Part shown: piece after piece, positions 1 through 9,007 of the stretch
Numbering within the stretch: the stretch's first letter is position 1
Layout: every line of letters begins with the position of its first letter
Source of the DNA: an archaeon
Lineage (GTDB): Archaea > Methanobacteriota_B > Thermococci > Methanofastidiosales > NM3
DNA: 64,000 nt
NCBI GenBank assembly: GCA_004212155.1
Contig: RXIG01000002.1
Coordinates: forward strand, 24,820-88,819
Direction of reading: 5' to 3'
Position numbers and translations under genes: made by a program
The notes under the pieces: model-generated
The model's input: the letters and a program-made list of their open reading frames with translations, nothing else
Databases searched by the model: none
What the model was told of the DNA's origin: nothing

Positions 1-273
1 TTGCAACACAATGCCGACGTCCTCGGATAGTTCGTGCGGTTCGTGCGTGAGGGTGTTTTTGCCGAACACCTCGACACTGCCGCCTATGTCACCAGTGATC
101 GTATGAGGTATGATCCCGTTGAGCGTGTAGCACAATGTTGACTTTCCACATCCTGAAGGGCCGATTATCCCGACAAACTCCCCCTGTTCTACGTCAAACG
201 ACACATCGTTTATGATGTAGTCGGTGGAGTGCCGGTATTTAAACGATAATTCCCTTACCTTGATGGGAAGCAT
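1..273 (-). CDS. ABC transporter ATP-binding protein (ECF/CbiO-like), N-terminal 91 codons only; gene continues past the left edge
   Basis: Hand translation of the reverse strand from ATG 273-271: MLPIKVRELSFKYRHSTDYIINDVSFDVEQGEFVGIIGPSGCGKSTLCYTLNG... Walker A is GPSGCGKST. Not in the ORF track because the window edge truncates it. Confidence 0.8.
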   Translation of the reverse strand, partial: MLPIKVRELSFKYRHSTDYIINDVSFDVEQGEFVGIIGPSGCGKSTLCYTLNGIIPHTITGDIGGSVEVFGKNTLTHEPHELSEDVGIVLQ

Positions 274-402
274 AGTGTTGAATGATAAGGGCAATTTATA
301 AATCTATTCGAGATTGAGGACAGCTGCGCGCTCTCCGTACGTGAAGGACCACAACGTATATATTTTTGCTTGTTGTAACACGTTGTAGGTGTTGAAACGG
401 CG

Positions 403-1293
403 ATGACAAGCGATGTGGTGGTAGTTGGCAGTGTCGACATCGTTACCGACATGGGCGTGCGCCCAGTGCCCAATTCGAGCGATTATCTCATTACCTCGCT
501 CAATGAGCGCATAGGCGGCGATGCGATCGATATCTCGATCATATGCTCCATGTTCGGTGTCAGGCCATCGCTCGTGAGCGCCATAGGCATGGACGCATAC
601 AAGATACTGGCGCTGCTCGACCGGCATTCCATCGACTACTCTCACCTGGTCGTGAGCGAGACGAACACGGGAAAGCGCATGGTCGTGCATGATGAAACGG
701 GCCAAAGCTCGCTCTTCTATCCCGGCGCCAATGCCCACTTGCTCTCGTATGGCATCGACGCCCCGTTTCTCAACAACGCGCGCATCGTTCATCTGTGCGC
801 AGGCGACGTTGCCGAATGCCGTCAGCTCATCGCCAAGGTCCACGATCCATATGTTACATGCCAGTTTGACGCACGCTCATCCCCTGCATTGTTGCGTGAG
901 GAGGTCGACATACTCTTCATACAGGCCATGCATGCCAAGCGCCACACGAATTGCGAGACACCTGTGGAGTGCGCCAGCCATCTTGCTGCGTCGGGACCAC
1001 AGGTCGTCATCGTGAACGACGGGGGGAGGCAGGCGCACATCTGCAAGGACGGCACGACCGTCTCCATATCGTTTGCTCCGGGCATGTCATATGATGCATC
1101 GCGCTACTTCACGTCGTTTGTTGGCGCCTTCCTCTCCCGGTTCTTGAGGACGAAAAACTACAAGAGCGCCGCATCATTTGGAATGGCCTATCAACATTTT
1201 GCATACATGGCGCGCGACCGCGTTGTGGACAAGGCCGCCGCTGACGTCGAGGACATGATGTACAAGATCGTGAGGGTAGATAATGAACAGTGA
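403..1293 (+). CDS. PfkB/ribokinase-family carbohydrate kinase-like protein with a degenerate C-terminal motif
   Basis: 296 aa. VVVGSVDIVTD, ERIGGDAIDIS and SLFYPGANAHL resemble PfkB N-terminal and central motifs. The DTxGAGD anion-hole region reads MSYDASRYFTSFVGAFL. Overlaps the next gene by 11 nt. Confidence 0.55.
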   Translation: MTSDVVVVGSVDIVTDMGVRPVPNSSDYLITSLNERIGGDAIDISIICSMFGVRPSLVSAIGMDAYKILALLDRHSIDYSHLVVSETNTGKRMVVHDETGQSSLFYPGANAHLLSYGIDAPFLNNARIVHLCAGDVAECRQLIAKVHDPYVTCQFDARSSPALLREEVDILFIQAMHAKRHTNCETPVECASHLAASGPQVVIVNDGGRQAHICKDGTTVSISFAPGMSYDASRYFTSFVGAFLSRFLRTKNYKSAASFGMAYQHFAYMARDRVVDKAAADVEDMMYKIVRVDNEQ

Positions 1294-2230
1294 ACTGGAA
1301 CGCATAGCCCAGGGCATATCGTCCATGGAGATACGTGGTGCAGGACGGATAGCCGTCGCAAGCGCCTCCGCGCTTCGTTCGGTGGCGAACGCGTCCACCG
1401 CGGGGACCGTCGAGGAGTTCTCATCCGAAGTAAAGCACGCGGCGCGGCGTCTCGTCGAGACACGCCCGACCGCCGTTTCGCTCCCTAATGCCATGCGCTA
1501 TGTCATACGCCATGGCCTCAATGGCGATATGTCGTCGGTGGAGGATGCGCGCACTTCGGTCATCAAGGCCGCCGATGATTTCATCGAGAACGCAAACAAC
1601 GCACTCCATCTCATCGGCGAGTTCGGATCCCGGCGGATACTCGATGGCGAGAAGGTGCTTACCGTCTGCAACTCGAATGCGGCAATCGAGGTCATGCGCC
1701 ATGCCGCAGCGCAGGGCAAGGACATCGAGGTGTTCGCCATGGAGACACGACCCCGGTTCCAGGGCCGCCTTACGGCGACTGCTCTGGCAGAGGCGGGCAT
1801 CACTGTGAACCTCATCGTCGACTCGGCCGCACGATACTACGTCAGGGAGGTCGACCACGTCATCGTGGGTGCTGACGCCATCACGGCCAACGGTGCGGTC
1901 GTCAACAAGATAGGTACCGCCACCGCCGCCCTGGCCGCTCATGAGGCGCGAACGCGCGTGTCGGTCGCCGCGGAGACGTTCAAGTTCCATCCCGACACGG
2001 TGGTCGGCGAGCTTGTCGAGATCGAGGAACGCGACCCTAACGAGGTACTTCCCGCATCCGATCACATCGACGGCGTGCGCGTGCGCAATCCGGTCTTTGA
2101 CATCACGCCCTCTGAGTACATTGACATCATCGTGACCGAACGGGGCGTGATACCACCCCAGGCATCGTTTTACCTCCTCACGAATCTTTTTGGATGGCAC
2201 CTTACCGAACGCGACCCATGGGAGCAGTGA
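1283..2230 (+). CDS. eIF-2B alpha/beta/delta-family protein, short archaeal type (ribose-1,5-bisphosphate isomerase-like)
   Basis: 315 aa. MEIRGAGRIAVASA, VLTVCNSNA and VIVGADAITANGAVVNKIGT are family-typical segments. Confidence 0.75.
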   Translation: MNSELERIAQGISSMEIRGAGRIAVASASALRSVANASTAGTVEEFSSEVKHAARRLVETRPTAVSLPNAMRYVIRHGLNGDMSSVEDARTSVIKAADDFIENANNALHLIGEFGSRRILDGEKVLTVCNSNAAIEVMRHAAAQGKDIEVFAMETRPRFQGRLTATALAEAGITVNLIVDSAARYYVREVDHVIVGADAITANGAVVNKIGTATAALAAHEARTRVSVAAETFKFHPDTVVGELVEIEERDPNEVLPASDHIDGVRVRNPVFDITPSEYIDIIVTERGVIPPQASFYLLTNLFGWHLTERDPWEQ

Positions 2231-2315
2231 GCCCCCAGGGGCCAGAAGCAAAGGCTTATAATGATAAAGTGCAAGGGATGATAGTGATGACTTCTCAGGT
2301 AGGGGGAAGCTACGC

Positions 2316-2945
2316 ATGAATGAAGTTCTTCTCCGCGCGACGTCTGAAACATGCATGCTGCAGCAGATGTCCGAGGAACTTGATATCTCCTTTAGAATCT
2401 TGCATATGATGCCTTCATTTTCGAAAGGCATGGGAGGCACCCTTCTGTTCGAGTTCAACGTTCCAGATGCAAAAATGAAAATGATCCACTCATATCTCAA
2501 GAAGAAGAATTATTATGAGGTTATCGAGGTTGAAAAGTCTGCACGCAACTGCTACCTCGTGCTCGTCAATGCGACACAATCGTGCGGCTGCGCGGCCCTC
2601 TCGATCTCCGGATGCTTCCTCTCGGGATGCGAGTTTTGCAAGGATGGCGCATACATCAATCTGTTCACAGGGACCAATGGGTCACTTGTCAGGTTCATCG
2701 ATGCTCTCGAGGAGCGTGGTTATGAAGTAGAGATTCTCAAGAAGCGTACGCTCAACATCAACGATGAGCTTACGTGTCGCCAGCGCGAAGTGCTCAGGAC
2801 GGCGTTCCAGCTCGGATACTTCGACGTTCCCAAGCGCATATCGCTCAAGGAACTCTCCGATATCGTTGGTGTATCCCCTTCGAGTGTCGACGAGATCATC
2901 AAGCGAGCAGAGAAGAAGATCCTTTCACATTATCTGTTGAGGTGA
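2316..2945 (+). CDS. HTH_10 (Bat-like) transcriptional regulator with a Cys-rich N-terminal domain
   Basis: C-terminal LTCRQREVLRTAFQLGYFDVPKRISLKELSDIVGVSPSSVDEIIKRAEKKI matches the archaeal HTH_10 pattern. N-terminal region has SCGCAALSISGCFLSGCEFC. The true start may be an internal Met. Confidence 0.7.
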   Translation: MNEVLLRATSETCMLQQMSEELDISFRILHMMPSFSKGMGGTLLFEFNVPDAKMKMIHSYLKKKNYYEVIEVEKSARNCYLVLVNATQSCGCAALSISGCFLSGCEFCKDGAYINLFTGTNGSLVRFIDALEERGYEVEILKKRTLNINDELTCRQREVLRTAFQLGYFDVPKRISLKELSDIVGVSPSSVDEIIKRAEKKILSHYLLR

Positions 2946-2949
2946 AGTC

Positions 2950-3306
2950 ATGACGACCGTTGCCATACCCGTAAAGGACGACAAAGGCCCAGAGTCGAGC
3001 CTCGACCACCACTTTAGCAGGGCGCCCTTCTACGCCCTCTACGACATCGAGAACGAGTCTTTTACCATCATCAAAAACGAAGCTGCCAACAAGCCTGGTC
3101 ATGAAGGTCCCCTCGAGCTGCTCGATGGCCGGGGCGTTACGGCAGTGCTGTGTGCTGGCATCGGGCCCGGCGCGCTCGATTTTGCCGCAGAGCTTGGCAT
3201 GACGGTGTGTTTTGGACGTGCTCAAACGGCTTCCGACATGATCGGGATGTATGAGGCTCGCGAGTTGGAAAACGTCTCTGATGGCAGTCCCTGCGGCAGG
3301 AACTAA
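2950..3306 (+). CDS. NifX/NifB-C-terminal-like (dinitrogenase FeMo-cofactor binding domain) protein
   Basis: 118 aa. IAIPVKDD...LDHHFSRAPFYALYD...GVTAVLCAGIGPGALDF is typical of this small domain family. Confidence 0.75.
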   Translation: MTTVAIPVKDDKGPESSLDHHFSRAPFYALYDIENESFTIIKNEAANKPGHEGPLELLDGRGVTAVLCAGIGPGALDFAAELGMTVCFGRAQTASDMIGMYEARELENVSDGSPCGRN

Positions 3307-3668
3307 AGCCCGCGGTATATGCGCTCCTTGAGGCAGTTGGTCTGCTCGTCGATGTAGGATATCATCAATTCCTTGACGCGTTCCTTCGGTATCGATGAGT
3401 ATGTATAATGATACCCCCTGCGCAACCCCTGCTTCTTTCGTATGATGAGTCCCTTCCCCATGAGGTTGGAGAGTGATTTTTGTATCGTGCTCCGGTGTTT
3501 CTGTGTGTGCTGGGACAGCTCTACCGCAGAGTAGGGCCGTTCGAAAAGAAGAAAGAGAATGCCTGTCTCGAGCTGATTGATGTTGAGCACGCTTGAGACA
3601 AGCTCCTCGATGTCTATACCCTCAATCTGGGAGGGCGAACAGAGGTCCTGGCTGAATGGATTCTTCAT
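3303..3668 (-). CDS. Winged-helix (TrmB/MarR-like) transcriptional regulator
   Basis: 121 aa. LNINQLETGILFLLFERPYSAVELSQHTQKHRSTIQKSLSNLMGKGLI is a wHTH pattern. ATGA overlap with the upstream thioredoxin gene. Confidence 0.6.
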   Translation of the reverse strand: MKNPFSQDLCSPSQIEGIDIEELVSSVLNINQLETGILFLLFERPYSAVELSQHTQKHRSTIQKSLSNLMGKGLIIRKKQGLRRGYHYTYSSIPKERVKELMISYIDEQTNCLKERIYRGL

Positions 3669-4072
3669 TCCATATACCTTTCAACAAGCTGTACGAGCCG
3701 TTCCTTTGGCACTGCCCCGATGACCTTGTCAACCGGTTTCCCATCCTTGAACAGGATGGTCGTCGGTATCGACATGGTCTGGTACTTCGTGGCCGTGGCC
3801 CTGTTCTCATCAACATTGAGCTTTGCTACGGCGACCTTTCCCTTCATGTCCTTGGCGAACTCCTCGAGCGTCGGCGCATACATCTTGCACGGCATGCACC
3901 ACTCAGCCCAGAAGTCCACGAGCAAGAGAGGATACGTTTGGGTAAGCTCTTCAATATTGTCGTCAGTGGCGACAATCGGATGATCGGGAGCGGATGACTT
4001 GTTTTGCATGTCTTCCATCTTCTTCTTTTTGATGTCTTCTACATCGTCTGGCATTGTATTCACCATATTCAA
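3665..4072 (-). CDS. trxA: Thioredoxin
   Basis: LLLVDFWAEWCMPCKMYAPTLEEF...MSIPTTILFKDGKPV. Thioredoxin fold, with active site WCMPC instead of WCGPC. Confidence 0.85.
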   Translation of the reverse strand: MNMVNTMPDDVEDIKKKKMEDMQNKSSAPDHPIVATDDNIEELTQTYPLLLVDFWAEWCMPCKMYAPTLEEFAKDMKGKVAVAKLNVDENRATATKYQTMSIPTTILFKDGKPVDKVIGAVPKERLVQLVERYME

Positions 4073-4130
4073 TTCCGGGCATGTCTTTATAAATTTAACT
4101 ATTAGTTATTGAATACCTATTCACAGTTAA

Positions 4131-5399
4131 ATGAGAAATCTCTTTAAGCTGCATCGCCATACTTCATCGATTGGCATGATTATCAAGGGCGCGACGATCT
4201 ATCACAACGGGCGGTTTGTCACGCGCGACATCGAGGTCGCCGGAGGCTGCATCGTCCGCATCGGACTATCCATTGAGGGCGAAGACGCCGTCGATGCTTC
4301 GTCCCATGTGCTCATTCCAGGGGTGCGCAATCGCCACATGCATGCGTCGTCAGTGCTCATTCGTGGCGCGCCATCGGGAGGGGGGCTTGATGCCTGGGTA
4401 CGCAACTGGTTGTGGCGATTCGAGGAGACGCTATCGCGAAAGGAGGCATACTACGGCGCACTCTACAGCATGTGCCAGATGGCTCGTGCGGGCATCACGT
4501 ACTTCGAGGAGATGCACTTCCACGAGTCCGACGTCATGGACGCATGTTGTGATATCGGCCTGCGCGCCTCGCTTAGCGAGGCGATCATGGACAGGCAGGA
4601 GTGGGATGACCCTCTTGCCACGCTGGACACGACGATGGCACTCGCACGAAAGGCGCGCTCATCATCGTTAGTCGACGTCAAGATGGGAATCGTCTCCATA
4701 CGCATGACGAGCGGGGAGCTCATCGATGCATGCGTCGGTGCGGTCAATGACCATCCCGATCTCTTTTCAGGATATCACGTGCATCTCAACGAGGTATCCC
4801 TTGACGCAAAAATCTCGAAGGAGGAGTACGGCGCGCTCCCTGCAGAGGTGTTCCATGATAAGGGGGTGCTCGGCTCGTCAACGACGCTTGCCCACTGCGT
4901 TCATATGCATCCGCGTGAGATCGAGCTGCTCGCATCAACGAAAAGCACGGCGGTGGCATGCATCGGTTCGAATCTCAGGCTCCACTCGGGCACTCCGCCG
5001 ATCCAGGCGATGCTTCAGGCGGATGTCCCCCTGGGGATGGGCATCGACTCACCTGCAATAAACGACGGCTATGACCTCCTCTCTGATGTTCGCATCATCG
5101 GACTCATCTACGGTCTTGACCCAACCGTGCTCATCCCCCTTCTTTGCGGCTGTGGGGGGCTCGTGGAGGGCATGGAGGCAGACCTTGCATTCATCAACAA
5201 GGCCGCACTCTTCCCGTGGAAGGACATTGCCACCACGGTGAGCTACGGTGCCAATACCGGATGCATCGACCATGTCATGGTCAATGGCAGATTCATCGTA
5301 TGGAACAAACGCGTCACTACCGTCGATGAGGAGCGCGTCGCCCGTAAGGCGGGCGCAGTGGCTGAAAAGGTATGGTCACGGCTTGAGTGCCCCGAGTGA
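4131..5399 (+). CDS. Amidohydrolase-superfamily deaminase (MTA/SAH deaminase or chlorohydrolase-like)
   Basis: 422 aa. HVLIPGVRNRHMHA is the HxH metal motif, and YHVHLNE and AHCVHM are downstream metal ligands. Met16 at 4176 is an alternative start. Confidence 0.7.
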   Translation: MRNLFKLHRHTSSIGMIIKGATIYHNGRFVTRDIEVAGGCIVRIGLSIEGEDAVDASSHVLIPGVRNRHMHASSVLIRGAPSGGGLDAWVRNWLWRFEETLSRKEAYYGALYSMCQMARAGITYFEEMHFHESDVMDACCDIGLRASLSEAIMDRQEWDDPLATLDTTMALARKARSSSLVDVKMGIVSIRMTSGELIDACVGAVNDHPDLFSGYHVHLNEVSLDAKISKEEYGALPAEVFHDKGVLGSSTTLAHCVHMHPREIELLASTKSTAVACIGSNLRLHSGTPPIQAMLQADVPLGMGIDSPAINDGYDLLSDVRIIGLIYGLDPTVLIPLLCGCGGLVEGMEADLAFINKAALFPWKDIATTVSYGANTGCIDHVMVNGRFIVWNKRVTTVDEERVARKAGAVAEKVWSRLECPE

Positions 5400-6401
5400 G
5401 CGTTTGTCGGGGGGGCGAGCGATCCCGTTCTCGGTGACGATACTGTCCACGAGCGAAGCGGGGGTGACGTCAAAGGCAGGATTGTATGCGGCCACACCGG
5501 ACGGCGCCACCTGCACGCCGCAGCAGTAGCGTACCTCGTCTGCATCCCGCTCCTCAATTGGTATGTCTTCCAGGGCCGTACACGAGAAGTCGATGGTCGA
5601 TACCGGTGCCGCGACGATGAGGGGGATGCCATGATGATGCGCGAGCACGGCCAGCGAATAGGTCCCTATCTTGTTTGCCACGTCGCCATGTGCCGTGATC
5701 CTGTCGGCACCGACGACCACCTTGTCTACCCGTCCCGCCCGCATGAGCGATCCCGCCATGTTGTCTGTCACCAACGTTGCTGGGATGCCTTCCCTGACGA
5801 GCTCCCACGCCGTGAGGCGCGCGCCCTGGCACAACGGTCTCGTCTCATCGACGTAGACGTGAATCCGTTTTCCTTCGCCATGCGCCCAACGCACGATGCC
5901 CAGTGCCGTGCCGTAGCCGACACACGCAAGCGCACCCGCGTTACAGTGGGTAAGTATCGAGTCGCCATCTTCGATAAGGCGTGCACCGTGCCGCCCGATG
6001 CTCTTGTTGTTCTGCACGTCGGTCTCCGCGATGCGCTTGGCATGTTCGACGAGTCGCTCAATCGTTTCCTCGGGCCCCTCTTGATGATCGAGCAGCGCAC
6101 GCTGTTCGTTGACGCCCCATGAGAGATTGATCGCGGTAGGGCGAGCACGTGCCAGGCGCGCGCAGTCCTCGACAACGTGGCGGTAAAACAGTTCTTGTGG
6201 TTCCTTGCGGTGCTCGATGGCCGAGAGTGCCACACCGTAGGCCCCTGCCGCACCGAGTGCCGGTGCGCCCCTCACGCGAAGCATTTGTATCGCCTCGATG
6301 AGGCAGTCGACCGTAGCGCATGCATGCAGGCGGTAGGTAAGCGGGAGCAATGTCTGATCGATCATCTTCACCTTTTCGTCCTCGAAGAAGATGGTGCGCA
6401 A
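5376..6401 (-). CDS. mtnA: Methylthioribose-1-phosphate isomerase-like protein (aIF-2BI; eIF-2B family)
   Basis: 341 aa. VKMIDQTLLP, LRVRGAPALGAAGAYG, ILTHCNAGALA, VYVDETRPLCQGARLTAWEL and VVVGADRITAHGDVANKIGT. Converges on the amidohydrolase gene with a 24-nt overlap. Confidence 0.8.
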   Translation of the reverse strand: MRTIFFEDEKVKMIDQTLLPLTYRLHACATVDCLIEAIQMLRVRGAPALGAAGAYGVALSAIEHRKEPQELFYRHVVEDCARLARARPTAINLSWGVNEQRALLDHQEGPEETIERLVEHAKRIAETDVQNNKSIGRHGARLIEDGDSILTHCNAGALACVGYGTALGIVRWAHGEGKRIHVYVDETRPLCQGARLTAWELVREGIPATLVTDNMAGSLMRAGRVDKVVVGADRITAHGDVANKIGTYSLAVLAHHHGIPLIVAAPVSTIDFSCTALEDIPIEERDADEVRYCCGVQVAPSGVAAYNPAFDVTPASLVDSIVTENGIARPPDKRSLGALKP

Positions 6402-6442
6402 TTCTTCATCACTGTTCGTTAGATCCCCTCCTCTGTCGTGTG

Positions 6443-7288
6443 CTACGTGCTCACTTCGGTCCTTAAGTACTCTTTTCTCTTCTTCTTGGCTCGTACCTTT
6501 TGAAACAGCGACACGATGAAAAATCCTATGGTCGAGACGATGACGATGGTGGCGCCCGAGGCGAGATCGACGTAGTAGGACAAAAACAGCCCCGTTACGG
6601 TAAACACGAGCCCGATGCCGATGGCCAGCACCATGATGCTTCGTATGGTCGATGCAAGGAGCTTGCTTGTCGCGGCGGGAATGGTGAGCAGCGCGATGAC
6701 GAGTATGACACCGACGATTTTGATCAGGACGACGACTGTGAGCGCTATGAGGCAGAGCAGAAGCAGATTGAGCGAATAGGTGGGAAGCCCCATCACGCGT
6801 CCGTAGTCCTCGTCATAGGTGAGGATGAAGAGTTCCTTGAAGAGGGCAACGGCGGTGATGACGACGATGGCTGTGAGCACGAACATGACGGCAAGGTCTT
6901 CCCTGGAGACGGCCAGTATGTTCCCGAAGAGGAAGCTGATTAGCTCCGTGGCATATCCCTTGCTCAGTCCTACGAATATGATGCCAAGCGCCATGCCGCT
7001 GGCCCAGAGCATGCCGATCGTCGAGTCCTCATCGAGGCGTATCTTCTCCTTTATCCATCCTATGGAGAGAGCCGCGACCAGCGAGAACAGGATCGTCGAA
7101 AGCATCGGATTGATGTCGACGAGATAGCTGAACCCCACACCGCTAAACGAGAAGTGTGCTATGCCCCCGCTGATGAAGACGATACGCTTGAGGATGACGT
7201 AGACGCCCACCACGCCGCAGATGACGCTTGCGAGCACACCAGCGACGAGCGCATTCCTCATGAACTCGTAGGCCAGCAGTCCCTCCAT
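6443..7288 (-). CDS. Metal (Zn/Mn/Fe) ABC transporter permease, ZnuB/TroCD family
   Basis: 281 aa, about 8 hydrophobic segments. Overlaps the upstream ATPase gene stop (ATGA). Confidence 0.85.
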   Translation of the reverse strand: MEGLLAYEFMRNALVAGVLASVICGVVGVYVILKRIVFISGGIAHFSFSGVGFSYLVDINPMLSTILFSLVAALSIGWIKEKIRLDEDSTIGMLWASGMALGIIFVGLSKGYATELISFLFGNILAVSREDLAVMFVLTAIVVITAVALFKELFILTYDEDYGRVMGLPTYSLNLLLLCLIALTVVVLIKIVGVILVIALLTIPAATSKLLASTIRSIMVLAIGIGLVFTVTGLFLSYYVDLASGATIVIVSTIGFFIVSLFQKVRAKKKRKEYLRTEVST

Positions 7289-8049
7289 CAGTGTTCCTCC
7301 AGGACACGATGGGGCACCCCGTGTGCGATGAGCTCTATCGGGCAGTTATAGACGCGTTCGAGGTCCTCCCTCTTTATTTCCTTGTTGCCGTGGTAGTAGA
7401 GCGTCTTGTTGACGCATGCGATGTTTTTCACATGCCGCGATACCACGGAGAGGTCGTGGGTGACAAAGAGTATCGTCAACGAGTCGTTGAGGTCGTGAAG
7501 GAGTGAATAGAACTCCCTTTGCATCGTGGAATCGATGCCCACGTTCGGTTCGTCGAGGAGGAGCAGCGATGGTTCGTTGACAAGCGCCCGGGCGATGAAG
7601 ACACGCTGGCGCTGCCCTCCCGAGAGCTTGGAGATCTGTGTGTCGCTGTATCTGGCCATGCCGACGCGTTCGAGCGCCTGCATCGTCGCCTCGGCGTCAT
7701 CCTCGTCAAACTGCCTCAGCAATCCTTTGTTCGCATAGCGTCCCATGCGCGCGACCTCGAAGACCGTGGCGGGGAATCCTTCTATATGGTGAGAATATTG
7801 GGGGACGTAGCCAATATGCCTCTTTTCCTTACGGGGATGGTTGCCGAAGATGCGCACCGAGCCTCGCAACGGGGAGATCTCCCCCGTGATCGTCTTGAGA
7901 AGGGTTGTCTTGCCGCCGCCGTTTGGTCCGATGATGCCGAGAAAGTCGTTTTCCTCGACACAAAGCGTGATGTCCTTGAGCACGATGTGTTCACCATACG
8001 AGACCCATACGTTGCGTATGTCAACGATGCATTCTTCTGGCGCCGTCAC
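7288..8049 (-). CDS. Metal ABC transporter ATP-binding protein, ZnuC-like
   Basis: Walker A GPNGGGKTT, signature LSGGQRQR, Walker B LLLLDEP. The track ORF extends to 8232, but that part overlaps the binding-protein gene. GTG at 8049 lies just after that gene's stop (8054-8056). Confidence 0.85.
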   Translation of the reverse strand: MTAPEECIVDIRNVWVSYGEHIVLKDITLCVEENDFLGIIGPNGGGKTTLLKTITGEISPLRGSVRIFGNHPRKEKRHIGYVPQYSHHIEGFPATVFEVARMGRYANKGLLRQFDEDDAEATMQALERVGMARYSDTQISKLSGGQRQRVFIARALVNEPSLLLLDEPNVGIDSTMQREFYSLLHDLNDSLTILFVTHDLSVVSRHVKNIACVNKTLYYHGNKEIKREDLERVYNCPIELIAHGVPHRVLEEH

Positions 8050-8053
8050 CCGT

Positions 8054-8920
8054 TCATCCCCCCATTCCTTCGCGCAGCGTTTCGGCGATGTCTTCCATGT
8101 TGGCCGCATACGACGATGCGAGCGGATTGATGGAAAGCACAGATCCGCCGATCTCGCGCGCGATGGTGTTTGCGTCGTCTGTGCTGAACTGCGGTTCAAC
8201 GAAAATAACGTGTATGCCGTTTTCTCGTGCAATCTCTATGACATGAGCGATGTGTTGAGGGGTCGGTTCCTTGCCTTCCTGTTCCACTGATATCTGAGTG
8301 AGCCCATAGTCGCGTGCGAAGTACGACCAGGTGGAGTGATATGCGATAAACATTTTCTTGTCTGTCTTATCAAGCGTTGAGCGAATGCTCTCATCCACCT
8401 CGTTGAGGCGTTCAACATACGCCTCCATGTTGGCGTGGTAGGTCTCGGAGTGTTCGGGATCGAGCTCGCAGAGGACATCGGTTATCTTACTTACCCCTTC
8501 TCGGGCCACTTCGAGCGAGAGCCATATATGCGGGTCGTACCCGCCATTCACGTCGATGAGGTCGATGCCCTCGGACACGTCGATAACGGTAAGGCCGGTA
8601 TTGACATTCATGACCTTCTCGGCCCAGAATTCCAAGCCAACTCCGTTTCTTACCCATATCTCAGCGTTTTCCGCCTTCACCACGGTGCTTGGTGTGAGCT
8701 CGTACGTGTGCGGCGAGGCGCCCTCGGGCACGAGCACGGTGATGTCTACATGTTCCCCTCCCACGGCCTCGACCCATTCAGAAAATGGGGGGATGGAGAC
8801 GATAACGTCTATTGCATCTGTTTCCCCGTCCGTGCCGCTGCCAATGCATCCTGATACCACCGCACAGGTAAGCAGACACAGTATCATGAAAAAACCTGTA
8901 CGTACAGAGGCTACACCCAT
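8054..8920 (-). CDS. Metal ABC transporter substrate-binding lipoprotein, ZnuA/TroA family
   Basis: 288 aa. Signal peptide with lipobox-like VVSGC. Contains HTYELTP, DPHIWLS and HSTWSYFARDYGL. Confidence 0.85.
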   Translation of the reverse strand: MGVASVRTGFFMILCLLTCAVVSGCIGSGTDGETDAIDVIVSIPPFSEWVEAVGGEHVDITVLVPEGASPHTYELTPSTVVKAENAEIWVRNGVGLEFWAEKVMNVNTGLTVIDVSEGIDLIDVNGGYDPHIWLSLEVAREGVSKITDVLCELDPEHSETYHANMEAYVERLNEVDESIRSTLDKTDKKMFIAYHSTWSYFARDYGLTQISVEQEGKEPTPQHIAHVIEIARENGIHVIFVEPQFSTDDANTIAREIGGSVLSINPLASSYAANMEDIAETLREGMGG

Positions 8921-9007
8921 ATATAGTCTAGTGGTTTATTATAATATAAATAATTAATTATTAATAATTATAGAAAATTATATAAAAAATTATTAACATT
9001 GGTAGTT

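Noticed and set aside
1421-2500. 359-aa ORF antisense to the eIF-2B-family gene.
   Set aside because: It completely overlaps a well-supported gene. Its Arg/Gly/His/Asp-rich composition is typical of shadow ORFs in GC-rich coding DNA.
8050-8232. N-terminal extension of the ZnuC-like ORF.
   Set aside because: It overlaps the 3' end of the binding-protein gene and is not protein-like. GTG at 8049 gives a canonical ATPase N-terminus.
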